Positions 12,588-27,480 of a stretch of 64,000 bases of DNA are shown here, piece after piece. The position numbers and the translations under genes are program-made. Position 1 is the stretch's first letter. Each line of letters starts with the position of its first letter. The notes beneath the pieces are model-generated. The model was not told the DNA's origin. It saw nothing but the letters and a program-made list of their open reading frames with translations, and ran no database searches. The stretch is from Chiloscyllium plagiosum (Eukaryota). The stretch spans positions 27,811,393 through 27,875,392 of the forward strand of contig NC_057746.1 of assembly GCF_004010195.1 (NCBI RefSeq), read 5' to 3'.

Positions 12588-13313
12588 TGTGAGAAACGAA
12601 GCTCACTCACTTCAATAATTTCAGTCCGAGACAAGATCTGAATCAGTAATGTCATTTATTTCGCTCTTGTAAGAGGGGTGTGGTGTTCACTGTCCACAAG
12701 GCAGGGACATACACACACTGAATTCAACTAGTACACAACATTTATGTAATTTGGTTCCTATTCTTTCACCCCATTGCTCCTCCCCTGTTTACATCTCCCA
12801 CCTCTCTAAGACCGACGCCCATTACTCTTGTGTATCTCTTGCCTTATCCGGCCCTGTCTGTGATAAAATGCTTATTTCTGGCCTCACAAGGCCGTTTGAC
12901 CACATCCTGTTGTGGTCCATTGTTAGGTATATCCTCCTTCACTACCATCTATTTCCCTCACTTGTTATGACCTTATGACCTTATGACTTCTTGATTGTGG
13001 TTTGTTCTTGCTTTTGCAGAAGTGGGAAATAGATGCTTATAACTATTGTTTGTACAGGCATATCTAGCTTAACCCCCTCTCCTCACAGCACCTTAGCTAT
13101 TTGTCTGTAACATCTACCATCTATTTGCAGGCATATTTCATTCTTGCATGCGTATTTTAGCTAATACAAAAACAATTATGTATTTCCTTCACATAGTTTT
13201 CATTCTTGTTGACTCAGCTCTTGGCTGAAACAATTATACACTGGTGTGAGTTCATTTACCTTGCATAAGTAATTATGATTGCAGAAGTAACACTACTTTA
13301 CCTATATCCCACA
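12588..13313 (-). mobile_element. Solo LTR (726 bp)
   Basis: TGTGAGA...TCCCACA termini, 4-bp TSD GTAT (12584-12587 and 13314-13317), and a minus-strand AATAAA near 12655. Confidence 0.75.
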
Positions 13314-14184
13314 GTATACTGACCACCATGGAATAATTTAATTTTCAGCTTCCTTGCCATTGTGGTTCGGGGACAACGAAATGAGGAAAGAGTACAGACA
13401 GAGGACACATGTCTCCTCTCTAATCCATGTATTCACTGCTTTAAACCCATAAATTATGGATTATATTCTCTACACTATCCAATCCCTTTTACAGCCAGTT
13501 CCACATTCTCATGATCCTCTGTTAAAAAAAAAGCCTCTCAATGTTGGATGGAAGATTCCATTATGATCATCTTTCTTTATTTCTGAGCCAGTGTCAGTGG
13601 GAAGGTAAAGGTTACCTCCCTGTCTGGGAGGTAACAGCATCAACAGAAAATGCACTGCATCATCTCTGCAACCTTCTTCTGGAAAGCAACATTCCAGAAA
13701 CGGGTGGGAAACTGTCTCAACTCCATTGATAGGTGTCAGTTTTGGTTCAGTGGGAGCACTCTGAACTCTGAGTCAGATCAGAGTATCGAGGCCTGGAGAA
13801 CAATCCAGTTGGACCCTGCCATGTGAGATGTGGTGTTTTTCGGATGTACCAATAAACTGTCACCAAGTATGTTCTCCAAATTTTTGTGTTGATTATATTG
13901 TGACATTATTCTAGCCTGAGAATGGGAGTATATTCTGTCATAATGACTTACATTTCTCCTTAAATCAATATCCCCAAGCCATCTGTTCTGATCATTGGCT
14001 TCAGTGCTGTGCTCAAGATACCTGATGAACTTCCTACATCCCAACTGTAACTCCATTTCAGAAATGCCCAATGCGCTTTAAAGTGCTGTGGAACATCTCA
14101 TCGTTGTGAATGGCGCTACATATATGTAAGAATCTTCCAGATCTATTCTCCAAAAAGATTTCAATGTCTCGCATTTAAAATAGA

Positions 14185-14665
14185 TGTATTTTATATGGAT
14201 TTCAGTAATGCCTTCAACAAGGTCCTAGATAGGAACTGATAATGAAGGTAAATGTACAGGATATCTAGGGTAACTTGGCAAGATGGAACCAAAATTGACT
14301 TAGTGGCAGGCGTCAATGGATAGCAGTGGAAGGCTGTTTGTGTCACAGCAGACTGGTGTCCAATGGCATACCAGAAGTATCAATGCTGGGTCCCTTATTG
14401 TGTGTGATGTACATGATAATATGAAGTGGGGGAGGGGTGACGACAAGTTCACAGCTTGGCCATGTGATTGAGTGTGAAGAGGAAGGTGTTGTGTTACAGG
14501 AGAATGTAGATGGATTGGTTAGATGAACAGATCAGTTGCAGATGGAATTTAAACCTGAAAGTGTGATGTGATGTACTTTGGAAAAAGTAACATAACAGAG
14601 CTGTACTCAATGAATGATAGGATCTTCGGAAGCTCAGAGGAACAGAGGGATCTGAGGGTGCTTGA
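14185..14665 (+). mobile_element. Degenerate CR1 RT fragment
   Basis: YMDFS.AF.KV and S.LGPLL motifs are recognisable. Confidence 0.65.
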
Positions 14666-14689
14666 ATGTGATGTTAATAGAGTTCATTA

Positions 14690-15012
14690 ATCTGGCTCAG
14701 TGGTTAGCTCAGCTGCCTTACAGCGCCAGAGACCTAGATTCACTTCACACCTCGGGCAACTGTCTGTGTGGAGTTTGCACATTCTCCCAGTGTCTGCGAG
14801 GGTATCCTCCGGGTGCTCTGTTTTCCTTCCACAGTCCAAAGATATACAGGTTAGGTGAATTGGCCATGCTAAATTGCCCGTAGTGTTAGGTACATTAGTC
14901 AGGGGTGAATGTAGTGAAATAGGTCTGGGTGGGTTGTGCTTCGGAGGGTCAGTGTGGACTTGTTGGGTGAAAGGACCTGGTTCCACACTGTATAGGGAAT
15001 CTAATCTAATCA
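14690..15012 (+). mobile_element. tRNA-derived SINE (HE1-like)
   Basis: TGGCTCAGTGGTTAGC head; body and tail as in 6066-6357. Confidence 0.85.
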
Positions 15013-15976
15013 TGCAACGCCGTCAACATCCAAATAATTTATAAAGTTGTATAATTATTCTAAATAGACAAAACTCGTAGAAGGGCTTATACCCGAAATG
15101 TTGAATCTCCTGCTCCTTGGATGCTGCCTGACCTGCTGCACTTTTCCAGCAACACATTTTAAAACTCGTAGAGTGTATTTTAATTGTAATTTTAATGATA
15201 CATAATTACATTATGATTTTAGGATAGTTTTGCTGATGTGGATAGTAATACACAGACCAATAAATCAGAAATAAACCACACTTTTGACTGTAGTAACAGT
15301 CTGATGTAAAATAATCGACCTGATTTTATTTGTTTAAACTTTGCCTATTAATGGCATATGAAAACGATCAGTTCACACATGACATTCACTACAGAATAGG
15401 CGAAAGTGGGTACTGCAGATGCTGGATACGCTCCCCCCACCCCCCCCAACCGCCCACAGAAGCTCCATCTACACTTTTTTCTTTGACTACATTACATCCT
15501 AGTCAAGATTAGAGTAGTGCTGGAAAAGCACAGCAGGTCAGGTAGCATCCAAGGAACAGAAAAATCGACGTTTCTGGCAAAAGCCCCACACTACGGAATG
15601 TCAAGTCAGTCTTTGCAGCTGTGTTATCAAATACAGATTTTGAAATAATGTCAAGATCAGTTGTAAATTAAAATCTGATCTGAATTTGGAATGCACGGCA
15701 TGCAAATATAAATTTTTGGGTATATCGAATAAAAGGAAAATGCGTTTATGATGTTAGCGTGTTTTGAGAAGATTGTTATACGTTTCTGATATTTGGATTT
15801 AATTCGGTTTTGATGAACACAGCCCCTGGTTGTCTGATTGTATTTTTATTGGAGAATTCCATTCTCAGAATGTTAACCTGGTTTCTCTCTCCACCTCTGA
15901 CTGAAACTGACCCTCCCCCATCAGGTTACAGCTGGCAGGAGGCAGGGGGACGGGGTGAAACTATGGGATGGATCTG

Positions 15977-16551
<575 letters not shown>

Positions 16552-17299
16552 TCAGAGAGAGGGGAAGGGTGCGAAGTGGAAAGTTAAAGTAACGGCAAGT
16601 TATTTAGAGAGAGAGAGAGAGAGACACACACACACAGGGTGGGGACGATGGTGAGGAGGGAATTTTGGGAGAGGAGAAAGGATCGTGAGAGAGAAGGGGA
16701 GGATATTACAGGAGCGGAGGGTAACGTGTGAAGAGACTGAAGGGAAAGGCGCAGCATAGGAGAATGTAGTCAATGGGTCGGGTTTGGAAATAGAGAGGAG
16801 CGTTGGGGAAGGCGAGTGTAGAAGGCCATTCGTTGTGAGCATGGGAAGGTGAGGGACGTGATGTGGAATGGGGTGGGGGGAGCAGATTGTGAGGGAGAAA
16901 GAATTGGATCATTTAGATTCAGGTTTTACTGAGATGTGTACTCAATTGCAGGATACAAGAGTGTAATGAAAGGTGGACAATGTGGCCATGCACAATGCCA
17001 TCTTAGATACAAAGTACTAAGGTGCAGAATCTTAATTATAGAAATGCAGAACGAAAGCAGTAAGTTTTAACAAGTTCAGCACTGCAGTCTTCTGAGCATA
17101 AATGCATAAAAATAAAGAAATAAAGTTAAAATGTCAAACATTACAGTCCTTTCTTGAGCCACGGACCTGCAGGTGCTTCAAGCCTGGGCTTCCACAAGAG
17201 GGCTCACTGCCCCCCTCAGTAGGCTAAGACCCACCTGGCACACCAGGCCTTGCCACTGCCTCATTGCTAACTACCAACCCTCATGGCCAAACAGTTTAA

Positions 17300-17760
17300 G
17301 TATCCCTCCCACTCCACCAAGGACATGCAAGTCCTGGGCTTCCTCCACCGCCAGATTCTAGCCACCTGATGCCTGGAGGAAGAACACTTCAGCTTCTGCC
17401 TTGAGACCGTCCAACCACACGGATCAATGTTGAGTTCACGAGTTTCCTCATCTCCCTCCCCACTCTCCCTTATCTCTCATCCAACCCTCCAAACTGGCAC
17501 TGCCCTCTTGAACTGTCCAACCTGTCCATCGTCTTTCCCACCTATCCACTCCACCCTCCGCTCTGACCTATCACCATCACCCCCACCTTCAACTACCTAT
17601 CGCATACCCCCCCCAAGCCCCACACCCCTCCCATTTATCTTTCAGCCTCCCCCTTTGGGCCTCCCCCACATTTTTGATGAAGAGCTTATGCTCGAAATGT
17701 CGACTCACCTGCTCCTCAGATGCTGCCTGATTGGTTGTGCTTTTCCAGCACCACATGTTT
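17300..17760 (+). mobile_element. Penelope-like element 3' part
   Basis: Decayed C-terminal coding sequence (DMQVLG..., LEEEH), a pyrimidine-rich UTR, and the terminal repeat TGATGAAGAGCTTATGCTCGAAA. Confidence 0.6.
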
Positions 17761-18411
17761 TGACAGCCGCTGCTGTAATGCATTGCTGCTGCTGTCTCAT
17801 CACTGACCACCACTGTCGCCGTCCTTTGCTGCCAATCACTGCTCATTGCTCCCACTGCCATTGCTGGGACCCAACTGCTGCCACGTTTCATGGCCACCAT
17901 TGCCTCCATGGCCCCAGTTTGGTGAATGATCAAGTTCCATGTTGGACCTCCTATCCCTTGTGCTGGGTTCATGCAAGGCCTGCTGCTGATGCCATCTGAG
18001 CTCAAGAGGTAAATAAGGAAAGCATAAGATGGAAAAAAAATAGAAAAAAAAATAGAAAAAGAAGAACAGAAAAGCAGTCAGAGTGGATGAGCTCCAGCTC
18101 AGGAGCCCTACTCCGCTGGCATCTTGCATGTGGCAAGAAGAAAGGGTGGCAAGTGCAAAGCAAAGGGTGATGCAAATTGGGTGGTGGAGAAGAAGGCACA
18201 AGAACAGAGGTGAATGTGCAGTTAAGAGACAGGGGCAAGTGGAGACTGAGTTTCTGGGAATAGCAACCAGGATGGGAAGATGAGCTGAAGAGAGGGTGAG
18301 GGGTTAATTTAGTGGTTGAGTGAGTGCTGTTTGAGACAGGGATTACAAAGTTTTGAGACAAGGCAGATGGATGGGATATGAGGAAGCAGGAGAGACAGAG
18401 TATGAGGTGAG

Positions 18412-18615
18412 GAGAAAGTGAGGTCTGCAGATGCTGGAGATCAGAGCTGAAAATGTGTTGCTGGAAAAGCGCAGCAGGTCAGTCAGCATCCAGGGAACAG
18501 GAGAATCGATGTTTTGGGCATAAGCCCTGAAGAAGGGCTTATGCCCGAAACATCGATTCTCCTGTTCCCTGGATGCTGCCTGACCTGCTGCGCTTTTCCA
18601 GCAACACATTTTCAG
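18412..18615. mobile_element. Penelope-type hairpin insertion with 13-bp TSD
   Basis: 82-bp arms at 18447-18528 and 18534-18615; AGTATGAGGTGAG at 18399-18411 and 18616-18628. Confidence 0.85.
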
Positions 18616-21444
18616 AGTATGAGGTGAGATGGGTAGCGAGATGGAGAATTGGTAGAAATTTGGGGGCAGTGTGTTGGTTGAAATAGGAAAGTGAAGGATC
18701 AGAGAGAGGAGCGTGCAGGGAGAGTGCAGTGGGGAAAGGACATGAGGAGTGAAGAGTCAGGCAGGGAGGAGAGATTTTAAAATGTAGGTGACCAGAATGT
18801 TTGGGGAAACAAAATAATGGGGCGGAAGGATTGTGCAATGGTTTGGAGAGAATCAAATGTGAGGCGAGATTAATGGGGGCTGGCCAGTGTGAGGGATTAA
18901 GTAAATGGTGAGCAGGAGGAGGAATGAGTCTGCATAGAGAATGCTGTGAGAGAGGGGAAGAGGGAGTTCAATGGTGGTAAGGGTTGAGTGAGTATTTATG
19001 TGAGGTAGAAGGTGACAGGCAAATGAGTTTGAGGGAGAGTGATATGTTGGGGAAGCTGGAATGGACAATGAGCAGATTGAAGAAGGAGCTGATTGTGTGA
19101 AGAGAGTGATTGTGAGAGGGAAATATATGGGGAGTAGATAAGAGAATGGGTGACTAGAAGTGTGAAGGGAAGAGGGGAAATCCATTTTTTTGCCTAAGCC
19201 AGCATTTGTTGCCATTCCCTAACTACTCAGAGAACAGTTAAGTGTCAACCACATTCCTGTGGGTCTGGAGTCACATGTAGGCCAGACTTGATAAGGATGG
19301 CAGTTTCCTTCCCTAAAGGACATCAGTGAAACAGATAGGTTTTCCTGACAATCAAAAATGAATTAATGGTCATCATTAGACTCTTCATTCCAGATATTTT
19401 GAAAAAATATTGAATTCAAATTCCACCACCTTCCGTGGTGGGAGTCCAACCTTCACTTGTGTCTCTGAATTAATGCCACCAGGTCTGGGGTATGGGGGGA
19501 GTACTGCCTGGCATAAAGCATTTAAAAGTGAAAAGAGGCTGAAAAGGCTCTGGTTGTTTTTGTTGAAGCAGAGAAGGTGAGAGGGACCTGGTGGAGGCGT
19601 ATAAATTATGAGGTACATGGACAGGGCAGACAGCAAGCAGCTGCTCCCATTAGCTGAAGGGTCAATAACAAGAGTGCACACTTTTACAGTTAAGAAAGGA
19701 GGTTTAGGGGAGACTTGAGAAAAATCAATTAACCTAGAAAGTGACAGGGATCTGGAATGAATTGTTTGGGGGCGATGGTTAGAATAGATGATAGGAGCAG
19801 GTAATAGGAGTCTGTTCTGCCATCCAGTTTGATCATGGGTGATTATCAAGAGCAGTTATGGTATCCCTACAGAAGACAGAGCAAGTGCACCAAAGGTTCA
19901 CTTAGCTGTTACCTGGAGTGACAGGACTGCCATCTGAGGAGAGGTTGGTTTTCACTGGGTTTAGAAGAATGAGAAGATATCTAATTGTAACGCATAAAAT
20001 TCTAAGAGACCCCGTCAGACTAGATGCAAGGAGGATATTCACCCTCGTTGAGGAGTCGAGAACCAGGGTGCCTACCTAAACATACGGGTTAGGACTGAAA
20101 TGAGGGAACATTACTTTATCTGTGGAATTCACAAACGCAAGAGGCTGTAGAAGCTTGAACACTGAATATGTTTGGGGAAGACAGTTATCATCTTTTTGCT
20201 ATTGAAAGCATCAAAGGAAAAAGAGGAGGAATGTACCATTCAGCTAGAAATTTGTCATGATTATAGTAGAGCAGATTTGAAGGCCAAGTGGCCCACACTT
20301 GCTCCTAGTATCTATATTTCTCTAAAGGATGAGAAGCTGTTCCCAAAAGTCACATTGAACCTGACTAGAACAGTGCCACATGCCAAGCACAGACTGTTGA
20401 CTGTCTTCAGGGGCACCTCTGCTCGACGCTGACATTTCTGTCCTTGGGTCGAGCACAGTGTCAGAGCAAGGCAATAAATTCAAATGACTGGCCACTGGAA
20501 TGATGTTTAATGACAGAGCAGAGGTGTTTCTGAAGATAGTCACCAACCTGTGCACGGTATATACCCTGAAACTCTCATTATTGCTTCAGGGACAGAACTT
20601 TATCTTTCAAATAGAAACTGTGCAGTCACTGGATTCAACTATTTCATTGCATAAACAAGCTCCTGTAATCAATTTGCATCATTTTTGTTTGCTTGGTTTG
20701 GTTTTGTTCTTTGAGTTGATGGCAGAGACATCATTGGGTTTGCTATTTCTTTGCTGCCTCCATTCCCTTTGGCCTGTGCAAGAGTTTATTAATAAGCAGA
20801 TATATATCCTACAGATTATTATATTGAGAAAAGGGCCAGTAAACGTGAAACAGTCCTCGATATCATGTTGTGGAGGTGCAAGTGCTGGACTGGGGTGGAC
20901 AGGGCCAAAACCACACAATACTGTGTTGTAGTCCAACAGGTTTATTTGAAACCGCAAGGTTTTTGACTTAGTTTTGGATGTGATAAACCATAAAAACCTA
21001 TGTTGCTAATTGTGAATTCACTGGTCTCACAGAAGATGAGATGATTGAGCGTGACCATCCCACATATTGACCAATGAATTGTCCTCCCAAATGTGACAGT
21101 ACTAGTGTGCAGTGAGTTGAGATAATTGCCTGACCTCAAACCTCAGTGACATCATCAGATTTGTTTTTGGTTGGAATGAACCCATGGCTGATACAATAAT
21201 TAGCTGGTACTTTTAAATCTATATTTTCCTAGTTTCAACCCAGATTCAACAAATTGGGAGCTGGAGTCAACTTATTTTTTATTATTCAGTATCGATCATG
21301 GGCATTGCTGCGTGGAAGTTTGACTCTCAACTCCAGACCACACAAATTTCAGTTCAAAAGTAGATGCTTTATTTCTGGATAGCTGGTAAGGGATTCTGGG
21401 TGAAAACAAAGGAGTCTCATAGCCTTCTTGTGATGAATCTCTGA

Positions 21445-22885
21445 TTAGCAAGGTTAGATCTCATAGAATACAGGGAGAACTAGCCATTTGGATACAGAAC
21501 TGGCTCAAAGGTAGAAGACAGAGGGTGGTGGTGGAGGGTTGTTTTTCAGACTGCAGGCCTGTGATCAGTGGAATGCCACAAGGATCGGTGCTGGGCCATC
21601 TACTTTTTGACATTTACATAAATGATTTGGATGCGAGCATAAGAGGTACAGTTAGTAAGTTTGCAGATGACACCAAAATTGGAGGTATAGTGGACTGCGA
21701 AGAGGGTTACCTCAGATTACAACAGGATCTGGACCACATGGGCCAATGGGCTGAGAAGTGGCGGACGGAGTTTAATTCAGGTAAATGCAAGGTGCTACAT
21801 TTTGGGAAAGCAAATCTTAGCAGGACTTATACACTTAATGGTAAGGTCCTAGGGAGTGTTGCTGAACAAAGAGACCTTGGAGTGCAGGNNNNNNNNNNNN
21901 NNNNNNNNNNNNNNNNNNNNNNNNNNNNNNNNNNNNNNNNNNNNNNNNNNNNNNNNNNNNNNNNNNNNNNNNNNNNNNNNNNNNNNNNNNNNNNNNNNNN
22001 NNNNNNNNNNNNNNNNNNNNNNNNNNNNNNNNNNNNNNNNNNNNNNNNNNNNNNNNNNNNNNNNNNNNNNNNNNNNNNNNNNNNNNNNNNNNNNNNNNNN
22101 NNNNNNNNNNNNNNNNNNNNNNNNNNNNNNNNNNNNNNNNNNNNNNNNNNNNNNNNNNNNNNNNNNNNNNNNNNNNNNNNNNNNNNNNNNNNNNNNNNNN
22201 NNNNNNNNNNNNNNNNNNNNNNNNNNNNNNNNNNNNNNNNNNNNNNNNNNNNNNNNNNNNNNNNNNNNNNNNNNNNNNNNNNNNNNNNNNNNNNNNNNNN
22301 NNNNNNNNNNNNNNNNNNNNNNNNNNNNNNNNNNNNNNNNNNNNNNNNNNNNNNNNNNNNNNNNNNNNNNNNNNNNNNNNNNNNNNNNNNNNNNNNNNNN
22401 NNNNNNNNNNNNNNNNNNNNNNNNNNNNNNNNNNNNNNNNNNNNNNNNNNNNNNNNNNNNNNNNNNNNNNNNNNNNNNNNNNNNNNNNNNNNNNNNNNNN
22501 NNNNNNNNNNNNNNNNNNNNNNNNNNNNNNNNNNNNNNNNNNNNNNNNNNNNNNNNNNNNNNNNNNNNNNNNNNNNNNNNNNNNNNNNNNNNNNCCAGAA
22601 CTAGAGGGCATAGGTTTAGGGTGAGAGGGGAAATATATAAAAGAGACCTAAGGGGCAACGTTTTCACGCAGAGGGTGGTATGTGTATGGAATGAGCTGCC
22701 AGAGGATGTGGTGGAGGCTGGTACAATTGCAACATTTAAGAGGCATTTGGATGGGTATATGAATAGGAAGGGTTTGGAGGAATATGGGCCGGGTGCTGGC
22801 AGGTGGGACTAGATTGGGTTGGGATATCTGGTCGGCATGGACGGTTGGAGCGAAGGGTCTGTTTCCATGCTGTACATCTCTATGT
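21445..22885 (+). mobile_element. CR1 LINE RT/3' end spanning an assembly gap
   Basis: PQGSVLG..., [10 protein letters not shown]; C-terminus RTRGH...GRWD; N-run at 21889-22594. Confidence 0.9.
21889..22594. other. Assembly gap (706 N)
   Basis: Run of N. Confidence 1.
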
Positions 22886-23903
22886 TTCTATGTTTACATG
22901 CAAGCAGTGTATTTTATATCTTATTTGGATGTGACTAATACAGAAGTCTTAAAGTCACATGGCTGATTACCATTATATTGTTCAAGACAGATATTTCACA
23001 ATGTTACAATGCCCGGTAATTGCTGACTTTCTGTGACAAATAGTGAATGGTTTACAAGAACTGGTTATTGTATTATAACAATTGTATGTTAATGGGTAAG
23101 GGTCTTAGATAATAGGATTTCTGTTTTGTTCCTATTGTTGGTCTTCACATGCCCTTGTTAACAGGTAAGGAGGTACGTTAATAGGGACAGAAGGCAGTTA
23201 ATAAGATCAATAACCAAGGCTATCAGTTTTGTCCAGGGAGAACAAGCACCTTTGCCTGGCACATGTATAGCTCCAGAGCATTTTGACAGTTAGGAGACAG
23301 CAGTCAGATCCTCACTGTGATTTCCAGTCTCACTCTGTCAGAAGACAGACACGCAATCGAACCTGCAGTAAGTCACATTAATAGGGGATCTTTTAACCTT
23401 TGAGTTCCCAATACACCATCATAAGCAAGAGAATTTTTTTTCTTTTGTGGTTCTCAAACTTCATCAGCTGGGTGGGCCAGCATTTATTGTCTGTCCCTAG
23501 ACACTCTTGAGAAGGCGGTGTTGAGTTTTTTCTTCTTGGGTGAAGTCTTCCTCATTCTTAATTACCATTGCCTTAGATCCTCCTTACACCCATCCTCAAA
23601 ACTCTCCTTAACACATCCTCCTCTTCCTGACACCAGCCTCTCCTCCTCCACCTGTTCTTTGTCACCATCATACTCACCCTGATTCCACAATCCCTCCCCC
23701 TAAACTCTATCCATTCTGTCCATTATCAAATTTCTGTTCACTTCCTCAAATAAACTATCCACCTTACTCACCAACAATCTTCTCATCCTCCAACTTACTC
23801 CTCACTCCAGACCTTCCAGATACCCATTTTCCCCATCTCACTCTATTCTCCTCTTCATGCCTATATTTCTCATGTCCTTGTAAATCTATTACCCCCTCCT
23901 CCT

Positions 23904-25422
23904 TGTTAAAGTACAGATTTGAGTTGGCCTAGGAAATCCCTTGTGGACTCAACCCGTAAGTCTCTTTTGGTTTGTCCCCGAGATCGTACTCTTTGGTAGT
24001 TTGGAATAAAAAATCCTCTTCCAGACAATTTAGTTTAATTTTAGTCATCTCCTTTATTTACCAATAGCATCACTGTTATAACATAACACTGATACCATAA
24101 GCTAAACTAATTAGTCCTAATAACCCAGGAGAGTAGGATACTGCTCTTCCTTTAAGAGCCCTCGCACGCTACTCTGTCTTACTGTCACAAACTGGCTCCA
24201 TTTACACAAAAAGTTTACAAAAACACTGCATGTTCGTAATTAGACAGAAAACAGTGAAGGACAATAATTCATAAGAGAGAGAAGTTAATTGACAAGTCAG
24301 TGTGCACTTGACTGATCACTGCTACAGGCCCATAGCCATTCATCAGGAGGGAAAAACAAATCCAGCCGAGTTAAGCATCTACTGGCGAGATAAGATAAGT
24401 TCCTATCAGAAAGAGGTACCAGTCTGAATTAAATGGGAGATATCATAAGGTAACCTTGCACAACTCACATGTCAGATGCAATTGTTTTACAAAATGGCTT
24501 CTTATCAACGTGGGCAAATTTTTGACCTTAAAATGACACATTGTGCCAGAATCTCTTCAGTGATAGGTTTAGAATACTTTTTAGTCTAGGAGCAGACTCC
24601 TGCTTTTTATCTTAAGCACAGAATCATTCTGTACCTGAGGCTGAGACGTTACCGTAAGGTTGCATTTAAACTGATTCATTAGCCTCGAATTAAATTTGCT
24701 TTCTTTTCAGAGTTGTGATTCAAATTCAGATAAGACATAAGATCTGATTAGTTAGAATTGACAGTGGGGCAGTCATGGTATGCAAAAACAACAAGTACGT
24801 TAAAGCTTCATCAATATTACTTTTTACAGAGTTTGCATTTCATAACCAGTAATGGTTACTCATCATCATCATCATCAAGTGTCAAAATGCAATTAAGTTC
24901 AATCCATAGCAAGTAAGCACAAAGAGTTAATTTTCTACTTGCTTCGGCAGTCCCAGCACTAAAATGGTCTCTCTCTCTCTCTACTTTCTCTTTAGTCTCT
25001 CTCTCTTCTCTCTCTCTCTCTCTATTTCCTTCTTCCCAGCTTGTAAGGTTAATAAGAATCCATTATAATTGATAGGACCTGACTGTAAATTACAAGGCTT
25101 TTGATGATACTGAGTTTCGTTTTGAGGTCAGAATCAAACACCGTCATTGATTTAACAAGGGAACAGCCGTGAATGTTATCAGTCGGTGTCCTGTTTATAC
25201 AGATTCACTGATGTTAAGGCAAATGTTCTTAATTGCCTTAGAGCATCCTGTTATCACTTGGTGTCTTTCTCTTCCACATAACTTGGGTTACCCCTTTTTT
25301 TGTCGTGGCCTGACCTTCCCTACCTGTCAATTTTCTAGTGTGCAGCAAATGTGCTCTACAATTCAGCATTATATTTTAGTCTAAATGTTTAGGGACAAGT
25401 TTTAAGGCTATAGACTTTCTAA
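23904..25422 (-). mobile_element. Probable solo LTR (about 1.5 kb)
   Basis: Interrupts a pyrimidine-rich tract; TGTTAAAG...CTTTCTAA imperfect termini; TCCT direct repeats at 23900-23903 and 25423-25426. Confidence 0.45.
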
Positions 25423-25796
25423 TCCTTACCCTCATCTTCCTCCTTTGGCTCAATTCCCTTCTTCCCTCCTCCCCACATCACTCCTCATTATTCCAATACT
25501 CCTTACCCCACCTTGCATTTTTCTCAACCAGTCATAACTTCTTCTCCTTAATTCCTCTCGCTAGCCCTATTCCCCCTCCTCACCCTTCATTCCGCCTCCT
25601 CTGGCCCACTGGTACTACCCAGTGTCTGATGGCTTTTTGAAGATTATATTCAGGGCCTCTACAGTTCATTGGTGGTTTAATGTGGTTAATTTGCAAAGCA
25701 TGATGAGTTTTGATAGAGTAACGAAGGAGAGACTGTATCCAGCAGTGGAGCAATCACCAACAGAAGGTTAAGATGTAATGTAGAAAAAGAAATGAT

Positions 25797-26160
25797 TTGG
25801 AGATGCCGGTGTTGGACTGGGATGTACAAAGTTAAAAATCACACAATATCAGGTTATAGTCCAACAGGTTTAATTGGAAGCACTAGCTTTCGGAGCGATG
25901 CTCCTTCATCAGGTGATAGTGGAAGGGCTCAACCCTAACACAAATTTATAGCAAAAGTTTACAGTGCGTTGTAACTGAAATTATACAATCAATTTTTCAA
26001 TGTATAATTTCAATTACATCACACTGTAAATTTTTGCTATAAATACTGTGTTAGGATTGAGCTCTTCACTATCACCTGATGAAGGAGCATCGCTCTGAAA
26101 GCTAGTGTGCTTCCAATTAAATCTGTTGGACTATAACCTGGTGTTGTGTGATTTTTAATA
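25797..26160. mobile_element. Penelope-type inverted repeat (same family as 7221-7430)
   Basis: Long inverted arms, each with CTGATGAAGGAGC..GCTC.GAAA; a further copy lies at about 26790-26945. Confidence 0.75.
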
Positions 26161-27480
26161 TAGAAAAAGAAAGAGTGAGATTTAGGAGAAGTTGGTGGGG
26201 GGGGGGGGGGGAGCAATCTAAAGTGCAAATCCTCTCAGTTTGGGGAGGGAAGAATTGAGCAACAACTTTAGGTGAACACTTCAATAGAAAGAATATTCTA
26301 GAATGGTGTGTGAGTAGTAGTCATAGAGATGGGGCAAAGTGTAGGGAAAGGTACTGACAGTGTACCTCAATCAATGCACCACTGCAGCCACAAAGGACCT
26401 ATTGATAATGTTCTGTTCATTTTGATTTTAGGATCTTATGTTGCTTTCCACTTGATACAGGAGGGTGTTACCTCTACCCACCCAAGGTGGTACTGGCTGC
26501 TGTATCAGAGTGAATTGTAGCAATATTTCGAGGCAACCATCATTCCACTTAATCTGTCCTACACTCTCTTACATTATTCAGATGAATTTGGAATGAATGG
26601 TATACAAGTACAAAGTGTGGAGTAATAAGAAATAAAACAAAAATGTGTTGAGTTTATGACTCTTGATTTAATTAAGATGTGAATGGGGATTTGATGACCA
26701 AAGCCTTCCTTGCCCTAGGTCTTTATTTTTATTGAAGAATCCCTTTTCACATGAATTCGTGATCATGCACCACCAAATAATTTTAAATTTAAAAATCACA
26801 TAACGCCAGGTTATCGTACAACCACCTGATGAAGGAGCGGTGCTCCGAAAGCTAGTGCTTCCAAAAAAACCCATTGGAATATAACCTGGTGTTGTGTAAT
26901 TGTTAACTTTGTCAGCCCCAGGCCAACACCGGCACCTCCAAGTCATGGCAAATAATTTAAAATGTTGCATTGGAGTTGTTCTTGTACAGTGTGTCTTAAA
27001 ACTAATTTCAATAACACATTGTAATTTAAAGACAATTTCACATATGTAGAGAGTGACGTGACAGACAGTAAACCAGAGATGAATGATAATTCTGATTCCA
27101 CTAATATTCTTATGTACTTTATCTGAACTGTTTGTGTGGTTAAACATTATTTGCTAATGATGTACACAAATGATCAGTTCACACATCACATTCACTGTGA
27201 ACAGTTTATCAATTCAGTTGTTGCAACAGTCTCATCCCATTATAGATATTTAAATAATCCATTTCAACGAGAAGTCTGCAAAAACACACAAGTTTCAATC
27301 CCTCACAAATTTATATTATTTTCCTTCACAGCTCACTCTACCCAGTCAGTCCCTATCTACAATTGAATTTCTATTTGTTTCTCTCTCCCCCTCCTTCTTT
27401 CCCTCAGACTGAGACCGACCCCCATCAGTTTACAGCTGGCAGGAGGCAGGGGGACTGGGTGAAATTATGGGATGGATCTG

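Larger units (their letters stand above)
10620..13345 (+). mobile_element. 5'-truncated Gypsy/Ty3 LTR retrotransposon (integrase + 3' LTR from about 12084) with nested insertions
   Basis: GILFWRGRVVIP...HQSHPAISIMKMLARSYVSWPKLDADI...CPECQQ is an integrase HHCC finger; FLFDYRTTPHASTG follows; a purine tract precedes TGTAGTG at 12084. Confidence 0.85.

Noticed and set aside
17427-18361. Overlapping ORFs of 119-190 aa
   Set aside because: Penelope UTR and low-complexity sequence with no recognisable domain.
21525-22812. Long ORFs of 258-359 aa
   Set aside because: Artefacts of translating through the N gap; the flanks are CR1.
24860-25025. (CAT)n and (CT)n microsatellites; also (GA)n(CA)n at 16606-16636
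   Set aside because: Ordinary simple repeats.
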